Position numbers and translations under genes: made by a program
IMG/VR virus record: IMGVR_UViG_2890766748_000002
Location: 1 to 64,000 of that record
Reading direction: 5' to 3' (one strand)
Source of the DNA: a virus
Taxonomy: Duplodnaviria > Caudoviricetes
Length of the DNA stretch: 64,000 nucleotides
Shown: piece by piece, positions 55,901 to 64,000 of the stretch
How positions within the stretch are numbered: position 1 is the stretch's first letter
Layout: each line of letters begins with the position of its first letter
Notes under the pieces: generated by a model
The model's input: the letters and a program-made list of their open reading frames with translations, nothing else
The model's database searches: none
Told to the model about the DNA's origin: nothing

Positions 55901-57803
55901 TGTGTCCCAGGGAATAGTTGACGAAACAAAAGCCAAGGCGTTCGGTGCATTTATGGACATTGCGGGCATTGTCATGCAGGTTTGGATGGCAATAGGGCAG
56001 GCGTACGAAAAGATGATGCAGGAGACGTATCAAGCCATCGCTGACGGTTACGCAAAAACCCGTGAAGTAATGGCTGATTTATACTCTTCAGTTAGCCAGA
56101 TGAATCGGGAGTCTCTGGATGCTCAATTGACCGATTTTCAAGGAAGCTATGCCGAAAAAGAGAAGCTAATCAACGAATACTACGCCAAAGAAATGGAGTA
56201 CGCTGAAGGCCACGACCGACTGGATGCGCAACTCGCCTACCAACAACAATTAGCGCAGGCTCAGGCTGATGCAGGCAATAATGCCAAGAAGCTTATGGAG
56301 GGTATCGTTCAGGCCCAGGCTGATTATGCAGCAAGAGGAATGCAAATCGAGATTAACCGAGTTGAGCAAGGCATCGCCAAAGCGAAAGAGCTTCGCGATG
56401 CCAAAATCGAATCGCTTAATCAGGAACTCGAAGCCTTCAAGGCCGCTAAGCAAGCCGAAACCGACGAGCTGAATAAACAGCTTGAAGCCCAGAAAGCGGC
56501 TACCAATCAGTTTTATTCCGATAAACAGCTCCGGTTGCAGGAAGATGATACCTACCGCAATCAACTGCTGGCCGCTGGCGAAGCCCGCGAGGTTGCTGCA
56601 CTACAGGCGGCTATGCAACGGGAACTTGACCGGGCCACCTCGGCAGAGGAGCGTACCCAGATCATAAACGCGTTTGAAGCCCTCATCGCGGCCAAACATG
56701 CGGAGTACCAAACGGCGATCGGCGACAAAACGAAAGAAATCAGCCTGGCCACTCAGGAGGCCAAAGCGCAGGAAGCTGACAAGGTTACGGCACTTGAAGC
56801 CAGTACCACGGCTGAAATCCAGAAGTTGAAAGACCAGGTAGCGGCAAAAGAGAAAGAGGTTTCCGCTGCCATGAAGGCCGAAAACGCATCGTATGCCCGT
56901 CAGGTGATCGAAGCCGAGTACCAGATCATGGACATCAAAAAGCAGATGGTGATCGCCGAACTTCGGGCAGAACAGGCGATGCTGCGGGGGAAGCGCTGGT
57001 TTATGAACAAGGGCAAAATTGATTCGGCGATCGCTGATATCGAAAACGCCATCAATGAAATCAACGGTACCGGCGGCCGTCAGGAGTATGTCAACAAACT
57101 GGAGACTCAGGAAAGGCTGTATGAAGAGGTCCAACAGCTCAAGGCCACAAAATCCGACTGGGATCAAAAGTTGGTAGCGCATCAGGCGAAAGTTGCCGAG
57201 AAGCAAAACCAGGTCAATACGGCAGAGTCATCCGGTCAGGACGCGACGGCTTTAAAAGCCGAATTGACGCAGTTGCTCGGTGATGAAACCACGATCAAGA
57301 ACTGGATAAACGCCGTTGTGCGAACTATCGCCGAGAAGGAAGAGGAAATCAAGCGGGTCGGTTTGGTTACCGGTACCGAATACGTTGACCGGGAAGGAAA
57401 TTTCTCAAACGGTATCGATACCGTTCCCGCGATGCTCACCCGGGGCGAGCGGGTATTGACCGTAGACCAGAATCAGGCACTGGGTGGCATTGCCAACGAG
57501 GACCTGGTTTCGCGGGTGAAGTTCTTCGAGAGGCTCGCCGGTCAGTTCCCTCAGCTACTTGATCCGTCCCGCTGGTCGGATATCGCCGGGCTGCAAATCG
57601 GGTTACCGGCTGGCCTGCTGACCGGTAGCGACGGCGGCCGGTCGGTCGATGTGTCGGGCCTTCGGGATGATCTACGGAGCGTACGGCAGGCGATTGAAAA
57701 TCAGAAACTCCTCAACGTCAATATCGATCGCAACGGGTTTGCGATGCATGAACAGGGTGCCCAGTCCAAAACCAACTACCACCAAAATTTACTGAAACGG
57801 TAA
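52911..57803 (+). CDS. Tape measure protein
   Basis: 1630 aa; AKKTPFTLDEV motif; DTVPAMLTRGERVL. Confidence 0.92.
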   Translation: MSVREENIRLRIQASSELPVVNDQFNELLKLSRLVAQQIAIQTGEMRAQSESQIKAIGGVTDALKSQRATVQQHDTDVKNAGKSYDDLGKQVRNFATLVGTAFTLNEIKSFGMEVIDAKTKIDSLKIALDVMLGSKKESTALFNDIVALAKKTPFTLDEVAENVVKLKAYNISTKDLIPTVEALGNMAAAVGKEKLPQLTLAYGQVMNMGKLMGTETRQFVEAGIPLYDLLADSMKKPKDEVIKLAQAHKIMASDVQKAVMETSEVGGRFYNMMGLQSKTLGGQVSNLSDTFFIAKARIGDFFEDELKAGIKTTGDLITALIGSDNAIKRTVTSISAIISAFTTWRLATIAQNTASTALNVVKATAQVVYGAYLLVVQRVTTQQNTLTAAQLAATTATRGLWAALSANPLGLIVSIIGTVITGILALDAATQDVTATMGEMEYQVKKEQSELMGLAQRAMSAAEGTSLRKEALEMLIAKYPEYFRGLDSEKTSNSQLKKILDQVNISYQERIDLARDAYKVESLTAKQRELFEKEAALIAKLPQDVQNMIGGSLKNLIEMWQKGMIQGSEAFRNESRDLMDKVFGLNRQISLETINEIINGQQKVQLELGKSGEKIKSQKDKERIAETGAINAHYEVLRQQADGNSKEIIRLNAAEKIEIAKANGTYREKERVASEDDDKNKKIRVSQTEIDIRKLKEKEGELTLEDKKRLLDLEEKLDIENIQKSKLNLIAKQKAVEVVIAEYAPRKAALEIEFEAKKNEGLIEKEKELQNQIEVLTAQRLEAERILVKLQTANTEEERRAVIAEFGKKITDDVKAQAVERLKAQRDASLSELDVIFANQGLKSEAYHKAYIKYLEDDKQYQTALLNQTKEAGQSTIQVMSETEKKIQALQKETAEIEKENIEKGRRYRQEAIQGIVSLLGNVNPVVSQFANGILSVMNNMDLLSGKSREEAETRVNDLKQTLASLEILRSEHATRSKEQTEKTEQDIAKTTKDLAVSQGIVDETKAKAFGAFMDIAGIVMQVWMAIGQAYEKMMQETYQAIADGYAKTREVMADLYSSVSQMNRESLDAQLTDFQGSYAEKEKLINEYYAKEMEYAEGHDRLDAQLAYQQQLAQAQADAGNNAKKLMEGIVQAQADYAARGMQIEINRVEQGIAKAKELRDAKIESLNQELEAFKAAKQAETDELNKQLEAQKAATNQFYSDKQLRLQEDDTYRNQLLAAGEAREVAALQAAMQRELDRATSAEERTQIINAFEALIAAKHAEYQTAIGDKTKEISLATQEAKAQEADKVTALEASTTAEIQKLKDQVAAKEKEVSAAMKAENASYARQVIEAEYQIMDIKKQMVIAELRAEQAMLRGKRWFMNKGKIDSAIADIENAINEINGTGGRQEYVNKLETQERLYEEVQQLKATKSDWDQKLVAHQAKVAEKQNQVNTAESSGQDATALKAELTQLLGDETTIKNWINAVVRTIAEKEEEIKRVGLVTGTEYVDREGNFSNGIDTVPAMLTRGERVLTVDQNQALGGIANEDLVSRVKFFERLAGQFPQLLDPSRWSDIAGLQIGLPAGLLTGSDGGRSVDVSGLRDDLRSVRQAIENQKLLNVNIDRNGFAMHEQGAQSKTNYHQNLLKR

Positions 57804-58039
57804 TGAGAAACAGACTTCCCAAAGTGCGAAAGCGCTACTTCGTCGATGAGCCGGTGATTGTGTTGCCGATCGCGGAATACGAGCGGTTGATTCAGCACCT
57901 GATTGCCATGGGCCTGCTGGAAGGATTGCAGGAGAACTCACGAAGAGGTGTGCTAAAGCGTCACGCCCTGCTGCTGTCCGAGTCGCAGGAAAAGCTCAAG
58001 TCGGCGAAAAATCATTACCATATCCCCGTTTCCGAATGA
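57803..58039 (+). CDS. Small hypothetical protein
   Basis: Start/stop overlaps on both sides. Confidence 0.6.
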   Translation: MRNRLPKVRKRYFVDEPVIVLPIAEYERLIQHLIAMGLLEGLQENSRRGVLKRHALLLSESQEKLKSAKNHYHIPVSE

Positions 58040-59865
58040 AGATCCTGCTCAATAGTGTACCCGTCGAGGCTCCGGTAGGGCTCGACGGGTTAACCCTAAA
58101 AAAATCCAGACACCCGCGCTACTGGGGCTGGCTCTACCGGAAATTGGGTTTCGTTCCCGGCATGGGTAACGTGACGTTTTCCGATCCGTATGCCGTGCGG
58201 ACGCTGCGGGATGCGTTCGATCGCGACAAACTGGGAGCCGAAACCTCGTTTCAGATTGTTGATGACAAAGGGCAATTGCTGTACGATGCGTACGTCGATT
58301 ACGCCACATTCGGTTTTAAGCCGGGTGAGGTGACCTGTTCGTTTCGCGATGAGAAGTCGGTCACCGAACTGGAAACATCGCTGGCGACGGTGTTCAGCAT
58401 CGAACCAACGCAGAGCATCAGCATGGCCGGTCAGCCGCTGAGTTCCGATGCGACGTATACGCTCAATAGTGTAGCAGTCGTCAGCCGGGTTTCGTCGGGT
58501 TCGTTTCTGCATGCTTTGCCGATTCGCCGGGTGGACGAGAAGAACCAGGCGGTGCCCGGTGAGCTGTATTCAGTTACCCAGCCGCTGGCTCTTCAGCCGG
58601 TGTACCGCAATACCACCGATAAGAAAGTGGTGTTGAAACTGTCCGGCGTCGTCGGAGTGTCGGTTTCCTGCTCGCTGAGTATGTCGGCCTCGCTGGGCTA
58701 CCGGATCATGAACGGCACGGCGGTCGTTTCCACTACACCACTGGCCACCTATGCCCTCAGCGGGACGGTGCTGGACGTTACAGCCCTGATCGATGCGGTT
58801 GTTAGCGTTTTGCCCGGGCAAAGCCTGGTACTGGGCTGGGTGGAAGCCGGTTCGTCGGTGATCACCATGGCGGCCACGTACAATTCAGCCACCGCCATTG
58901 CCCTGACTCAACCGATCGCCGTACCGACAACCGATTGTTATGGTCTGTACGCCAACGATCTGTTGAAATCCCTGCAACTGCGTTGTCAACCGGCGTTTGC
59001 ATTTTCTTCCTACTTTTTCCGGATTGGCATTGGCCGGGGAGCCTTTATCACCAACGGCGCCAACCTCCGCGGGGTGAAAAAGCCGCTGCAAACCTCGTTT
59101 TCCGATTTGTTCGATAGCCTGAACAGCATTTACAATCTGGCACTCACGCTGGACGATACGACGCTTCGGGTTGAGACGAAAGAAGTTTTAACCAAGGCGG
59201 GCGGAACAACCGTTCTTACGAGCATCCTCAAAGTCGGCTATACTGTGAACACAACTTTTATGGCCAGCGAGGTGATTGCTGGTTATGCCACCTGGAAAGG
59301 AGATTCGCTTACATCGGCAGCCGAAACCAACGGTTCGCGTTCTTACCGTACCGAAATCACCACGTATCGAAATCCACTGGACCTGCGGAGCAATTTGATT
59401 GCCGCCGGTTCGCTGATTGAAGAAACCCGGCAAAAGCAGTTCGATCCGGAAACCTCAGGATCCGACAAATCGGAGCCGTACGATGAGGATTTATTTATCG
59501 TGACCGTCGATCTCTACGGTCGTGCCCGGGCAACACCGTTTTACAACGACGGCATCTCGCCTGCCCACTGCCTGCTCAACTGGTCTCCGTTGCTGACGCA
59601 TTGCAACCGGCTGGTGCTGGAAACCCATGAAGGGTCCTTAATCAGTACCGGTGAACGGGAGCCGCTTGTGCTTGATGAATACCCTCCACTGATCGGCAAC
59701 CTGACGGCCGTCGTTGAAACCCCCATGTCCCTGGTGGATTACGCGGCCCTGCAGGACTGGATACAATTCAATGACGGCGAGCAGACCCGCAGCGGACTTC
59801 TCATGGACGCCCAGTGGAGTAATTCTGATAACGGAACTGTAGCAACCTTAACCATCGCGTGCTGA
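58036..59865 (+). CDS. Tail hub/baseplate protein
   Basis: Follows the tape measure gene; beta-rich; LRVE...DEDLFIV. Confidence 0.7.
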   Translation: MKILLNSVPVEAPVGLDGLTLKKSRHPRYWGWLYRKLGFVPGMGNVTFSDPYAVRTLRDAFDRDKLGAETSFQIVDDKGQLLYDAYVDYATFGFKPGEVTCSFRDEKSVTELETSLATVFSIEPTQSISMAGQPLSSDATYTLNSVAVVSRVSSGSFLHALPIRRVDEKNQAVPGELYSVTQPLALQPVYRNTTDKKVVLKLSGVVGVSVSCSLSMSASLGYRIMNGTAVVSTTPLATYALSGTVLDVTALIDAVVSVLPGQSLVLGWVEAGSSVITMAATYNSATAIALTQPIAVPTTDCYGLYANDLLKSLQLRCQPAFAFSSYFFRIGIGRGAFITNGANLRGVKKPLQTSFSDLFDSLNSIYNLALTLDDTTLRVETKEVLTKAGGTTVLTSILKVGYTVNTTFMASEVIAGYATWKGDSLTSAAETNGSRSYRTEITTYRNPLDLRSNLIAAGSLIEETRQKQFDPETSGSDKSEPYDEDLFIVTVDLYGRARATPFYNDGISPAHCLLNWSPLLTHCNRLVLETHEGSLISTGEREPLVLDEYPPLIGNLTAVVETPMSLVDYAALQDWIQFNDGEQTRSGLLMDAQWSNSDNGTVATLTIAC

Positions 59866-62195
59866 TGCAACCATTCGTTCATTTTATCCGATTTTTTACC
59901 CTGGCAGAGGACGGAAACCCGTACCCGAAAAACCGGCTGACGCCATCGGAGGAGCATCCAGCCATGCCCGCCGTACCCGGCGACGTATTGACGTTTCTGG
60001 TGCCTCAACCGGACGTACCTATTGACCTTTCCCGCATCCGGATTGATCTGCGGTCGGTCGATAATCCCACGGTTGTCCACCAGGCGGTCGGTAGCTTCCG
60101 GTACCAGGACGCTGAGGTGTGTTCGCGCATCCGCCTGCGGGTCAACCGCGCGCCACAACCGGGCGAAACCAAACAATTCGCCCTGATGGGCACGATCCCT
60201 GACCCGAATGGCGGTGACCCGATCGCTCTGCCGGTGATGGGCACGTTTGCCGGTACTCAGTCGGATTTGCAACAGTACATTTCGGCGATTCGGGCGCATT
60301 ACGAAAATTATCCGTATTCGCCGGTGTCGGTGGATCAGTACGGTTCGGAGCTGCTCATCCGAGCTTATCACGGTCCCCGTTTCCGAATCGGCAACCAGCC
60401 GCTTAGCATTGGCATTGGCCGAAACCGCAACTATAACACCAACAATCCATCGCTGACGGCAAGCAAAACCGCAACGGTTACCAATCCGGCCAAAGACTCG
60501 TATCTGGTGGGGGTTGGGGCGGACATCGAAGCCGGAAACGTATTTACCCTCGCGGGCGTCTCGGTGGTGGCAACCGATAGCCACACACCGGCCGACATCC
60601 TTGCTGCCCTGGGCGTTCCGGCATCGGGGCGCATTTTGGTTGCCGCTGGTACCGTTCCGGTGTATTCGGCGGCTGTCGGCAGTCAGACGCTGGCTAACCG
60701 AAACATTCCGACGCTGGCATTGACGTATTCAAACCCATCCGGGGGTAATGACCTCTACACCGTGACGGTGGGTGATGATGTGCAGGAAGGGAATATTTTT
60801 CAAGTGGCCACGCCGGGTCAGTCGACAAAAACGAAGGTGGCTACTTCCAGCGATACGGCGGCAACCATCACGGCGTTTTTCGCTACAACGTCTGGAAAGC
60901 TGGCGGTACCATCCGGTGCCATTCCTGTACCCACCAGCTTATCGGGCGTTCGGTCGATCGCCAATACCAACAGCCCGGAGCTGACGCTTTCGGCTAAACT
61001 GGTAATTCCCTCCGCAACCGTCGACCGCTATTCAGTTTTTGTCGGTACGTCTATCCGGCGCGGTAATCAGTACCTGCTCGGCACTACATTGGTGACGGCT
61101 GATGATGAAGATACGATTCTGACGATCGCTGAAAAGCTGGGCTACAGTGGATTTCCATTCACCGTCGAGGTGCCAACCGGAGCTGGATTGGTTGCCTACG
61201 CCAAAAAGGGGTTGGCACTGGGCGATGAAAATATTGCGGCTGTCGAGGTGATCGAAGGCTCGGTATGGATGCGGCATCTTGATATGGTTTGCATGGTTCA
61301 CATTCCGGCCAGTGTAATTCGCGGCAATTACCAGCTTGAGATCGTAGATACGGTTAATTCAGTGAAATGCTCAGTCAGCAATAACCTTTTGGTGAAATCC
61401 GACGCCAAAGACACTGTTTTCCTGCGGTGGGGCGATAACTTCAACGGATCGGGCCGGACGCTCTACGGTTACCAGTACGGCGAGCCGGGGCTGATGCAGC
61501 AGCTGCGGATTCCCTGCTTTCTGTCGGTGCCCAAACAGCGGCAGGAGGAGAGCCTGTATACGCCCCTTGATGGGGTAACCCGGCGGCAATCCGCCCGGAT
61601 GGAGAACCTGCGGACGTTGACGACGACTGTGCAGCCTTCGGCCTTCCACCGGTCTTTGCTGGCGGCTTTGAAACATCCGCTGGTCTGGATCGATGGGATC
61701 GAATTCCGCTCTGAAGGGGAATACTCTGAAACCATCATACCGGGGAAGCGCCAGCATTTGCAGGCCCAGGCGACGCTGGTCGAAACCGGTTCGCTACGGA
61801 GTATGAACGATTTTTACCCCTCCCTGCAAAGTTCATTATCAAGGCGTTATGCTCTCATTGAGCAGATTTCCGGCGCGGACGGGCTGGTTTTCTACCTCAG
61901 GAGCGAGAATATTACCCAGCCGATTACCGCCGGTCAGCAGGTGGAGCCGGGCACGTATCAACTGTTGGTTCGCGCCGAGCATGAAACCCGACACCTGGTT
62001 GTCTATCAGAATGAGATGATACTAGATCGTTTTGAGTTAACGGCACGTCACCTAAACCGCACACAACCGCTTTTCCTAAAGCCCGGCGACCGCATCGGGC
62101 TGGAACTGGAAGCGAAGTTGCCAACTCAGGCGAGCGCATGGTTCAATGAAACCACAAGCAATTTCGATGAAGGATTTAATCAAGACTTTAACTGA
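59865..62195 (+). CDS. Tail structural protein with internal repeats and C-terminal FDxxFxxDF peptide
   Basis: Three repeats Y.V.VG.DI..GN.F; ends NFDEGFNQDFN. Confidence 0.7.
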   Translation: MQPFVHFIRFFTLAEDGNPYPKNRLTPSEEHPAMPAVPGDVLTFLVPQPDVPIDLSRIRIDLRSVDNPTVVHQAVGSFRYQDAEVCSRIRLRVNRAPQPGETKQFALMGTIPDPNGGDPIALPVMGTFAGTQSDLQQYISAIRAHYENYPYSPVSVDQYGSELLIRAYHGPRFRIGNQPLSIGIGRNRNYNTNNPSLTASKTATVTNPAKDSYLVGVGADIEAGNVFTLAGVSVVATDSHTPADILAALGVPASGRILVAAGTVPVYSAAVGSQTLANRNIPTLALTYSNPSGGNDLYTVTVGDDVQEGNIFQVATPGQSTKTKVATSSDTAATITAFFATTSGKLAVPSGAIPVPTSLSGVRSIANTNSPELTLSAKLVIPSATVDRYSVFVGTSIRRGNQYLLGTTLVTADDEDTILTIAEKLGYSGFPFTVEVPTGAGLVAYAKKGLALGDENIAAVEVIEGSVWMRHLDMVCMVHIPASVIRGNYQLEIVDTVNSVKCSVSNNLLVKSDAKDTVFLRWGDNFNGSGRTLYGYQYGEPGLMQQLRIPCFLSVPKQRQEESLYTPLDGVTRRQSARMENLRTLTTTVQPSAFHRSLLAALKHPLVWIDGIEFRSEGEYSETIIPGKRQHLQAQATLVETGSLRSMNDFYPSLQSSLSRRYALIEQISGADGLVFYLRSENITQPITAGQQVEPGTYQLLVRAEHETRHLVVYQNEMILDRFELTARHLNRTQPLFLKPGDRIGLELEAKLPTQASAWFNETTSNFDEGFNQDFN

Positions 62196-62200
62196 TAATT

Positions 62201-64000
62201 ATGACTGCACTAGAGGAGTTTTTTGCATTGGTGGATGAGAAGTTTCCGGAAAATCTGGTTACAAAAATTAAACCGGAGGATATCAGGCTAAGCATCAAGG
62301 CGCTGGCGCTGAAGTTGTATACAGACCCAGAAGTCGCATCGACTATTCTGGATAGTTTGAACCTGAGGTTACGAAGAACCACGATTGATGCCGGTTTTTC
62401 TGCCATCACCGACGATGAAGTGCAGTTCGATGGATCAACCTGGGTGAAAGAAGTGGGCTCCATTTCGCCGGGGGATCCGGGATACGGTGGCGTACTGCTT
62501 TCAGGACCAACAGGTTTCCGATTCCGGCGAAGATTTGAAGGTCCAGTAAGACCTGAATGGTTTGGCGCTATACATTACCCGGTTATTTACATGAAGGGAA
62601 CCAACGAAGCTCCGCTTGGCTATTATGCAGATGCCGCATTCACCATTCCCGTTGTGGATAGTAGTGCGGCTTACAATGCCTGTTTTACCTATGCGAATGC
62701 TCTTGCCGGTTCAATTCGTTCGGTAGAAGCACCTTCCGGATTTGCCTTTATTTCAAACGTTCTCATTCCGGAAGCGTTAGACTTTTCTGGGCAAGGGACT
62801 GGCCTTCAGTCGGTTCGGCAGTGTACTACATTCGTTCAAAGCTTCGGCACCAATTTGGATGTTTTCAGGGTAATTCCGCACGAATTTGCAGGCCGATACT
62901 GGTGGTATGGAAGCATCCGAAAATTCAGTATCAAAGGGGAAAGGACTAATAATTCATCGGGATGGGGAATCGCCTTTCGGGATTCATTGAACAACCCGGT
63001 TAAACCGCAAGATACCACTTTGATTTCTGATATTATGATCCGGGGGATGGTGCAAGGCGGTATCGAATTTCCGGACGGCGGATTACCAGTACACTTGCAT
63101 CGAACCAATTTTCTATGGAATAACGGCCCTGGAATTTTGATTAGCTCTACTGCCAAATCAACCGGATTATTACAACACTTTGACCTTTTCGGAGTATCTG
63201 GCGATGGGAATAATGGTGGATTGGTGCGCATTGAAAAGCAGACTGCATCAAGTCTCATTGTCATTAATAATATAAAAAGCGAAAATAGGATCAATCCCTA
63301 TTACGGTAATGCGAAGATGCAGGACAATACTGTCGTCATCGGTAATTCGGACGGACTTGTCTTGTCGATTGTTGGCGGTCGCCATGATTGTAGTGTCCCT
63401 GATGGCTCCCTGTTTAAAAAACCGGGCGATTTTATTTTCCTAGAGAGCGATGCGAACAATAGCCAGATAAGCTGGAACGGCATTTCCATGCGAATACGCG
63501 AAACGGATACGGGAACTGATCCACGCATCCTTTATAAAGCGAATGGAACTGTAGCGATATCTTACCAAATGGCGAATGGGAAGTTTCCACAAATCAACGT
63601 ACAAGGCGGTGATGGCCTGGCGGAAAACTTTGGGGTCGGTGATAAAGGGTTTCAAGCCAAAGGGGAAACGCCATTTTTAGGTTTTTTTGAAACAGATGCT
63701 CCCACTGACCGAAAATCATTTATCATCACGCATTCAGGGGGTAATGCACAATTTAGGACGGTTTCTGATGCTGGCGTCTCAACTATCATTTCCGAAATAG
63801 TTCGTGGCGGGGCCGCTGGTATTGCCAGCTTGTGGCGTATGGTGTTGAATATTTTCCGGATAACCGATACAACGCCAACGCTGGAGTTTGAAGAAACTGA
63901 CCAAACCGCCGATAATCAGTTTTGGCAGATTCGCGCAAGTTCCGCTAACCTACAAATAACTCTGAAGGATGCAGCCGGAAGCCTGAAAACAGGCGTGTTT
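62201..64000 (+). CDS. Tailspike with a pectate-lyase-like beta-helix (3' truncated; absent from the ORF track)
   Basis: Hand-translated open frame MTALEEFF...VRPEWFGA...DSSAAYNAC...SGQG, open to the window end. Confidence 0.75.
   Translation, partial: MTALEEFFALVDEKFPENLVTKIKPEDIRLSIKALALKLYTDPEVASTILDSLNLRLRRTTIDAGFSAITDDEVQFDGSTWVKEVGSISPGDPGYGGVLLSGPTGFRFRRRFEGPVRPEWFGAIHYPVIYMKGTNEAPLGYYADAAFTIPVVDSSAAYNACFTYANALAGSIRSVEAPSGFAFISNVLIPEALDFSGQGTGLQSVRQCTTFVQSFGTNLDVFRVIPHEFAGRYWWYGSIRKFSIKGERTNNSSGWGIAFRDSLNNPVKPQDTTLISDIMIRGMVQGGIEFPDGGLPVHLHRTNFLWNNGPGILISSTAKSTGLLQHFDLFGVSGDGNNGGLVRIEKQTASSLIVINNIKSENRINPYYGNAKMQDNTVVIGNSDGLVLSIVGGRHDCSVPDGSLFKKPGDFIFLESDANNSQISWNGISMRIRETDTGTDPRILYKANGTVAISYQMANGKFPQINVQGGDGLAENFGVGDKGFQAKGETPFLGFFETDAPTDRKSFIITHSGGNAQFRTVSDAGVSTIISEIVRGGAAGIASLWRMVLNIFRITDTTPTLEFEETDQTADNQFWQIRASSANLQITLKDAAGSLKTGVF

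Larger units (their letters stand above)
40140..64000. mobile_element. Prophage 2 (continues beyond the window)
   Basis: Leftward early genes and a rightward TerS/TerL/neck/tape-measure/tail operon. Confidence 0.85.

Noticed and set aside
1028-63655. Numerous antisense or alternate-frame ORFs in the track (e.g. 2879-3706, 17395-18177, 32674-33546, 45712-46488, 62836-63294)
   Set aside because: Shadows of long, motif-bearing genes on the opposite strand or in another frame.

Overview
The window is almost entirely prophage DNA from a probable Bacteroidetes host. That assignment is inferred from the TAnnTTTG-type promoter boxes, the lack of Shine-Dalgarno leaders and the gene families. Two distinct siphovirus-like elements abut. 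Element 1 (from before base 1 to about 40131) carries a primase-helicase, an iteron-like origin, fibre, S49 protease, capsid, tail tube, terminases, portal, lysis genes, tape measure and distal tail genes. It also has four AT-rich cargo loci and a tyrosine integrase beside a tRNA-3'-like att end that has no tRNA gene. Element 2 (about 40140 to beyond 64000) has a leftward early region (adenine methyltransferase, NarL-like regulator, SSB-like protein, small ORFs) and a rightward TerS/TerL-neck-tail-tailspike operon with no portal, capsid or tail-tube gene visible in the window. The most notable observations are: (1) the last ~70 bp of element 1's final tail gene recurs three times, each copy heading a different AT-rich cargo gene next to the integrase, like a cassette array; (2) a phage-specific promoter, GTCC(T/A)-N22-(-7 box), sits before seven late genes, with a phased TGTCCA array nearby; (3) a perfect 66-bp palindrome lies upstream of two paralogous lipoprotein-like genes; (4) element 1 is probably inserted into element 2. 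All functional calls come from reading motifs by eye; no database searches were run.
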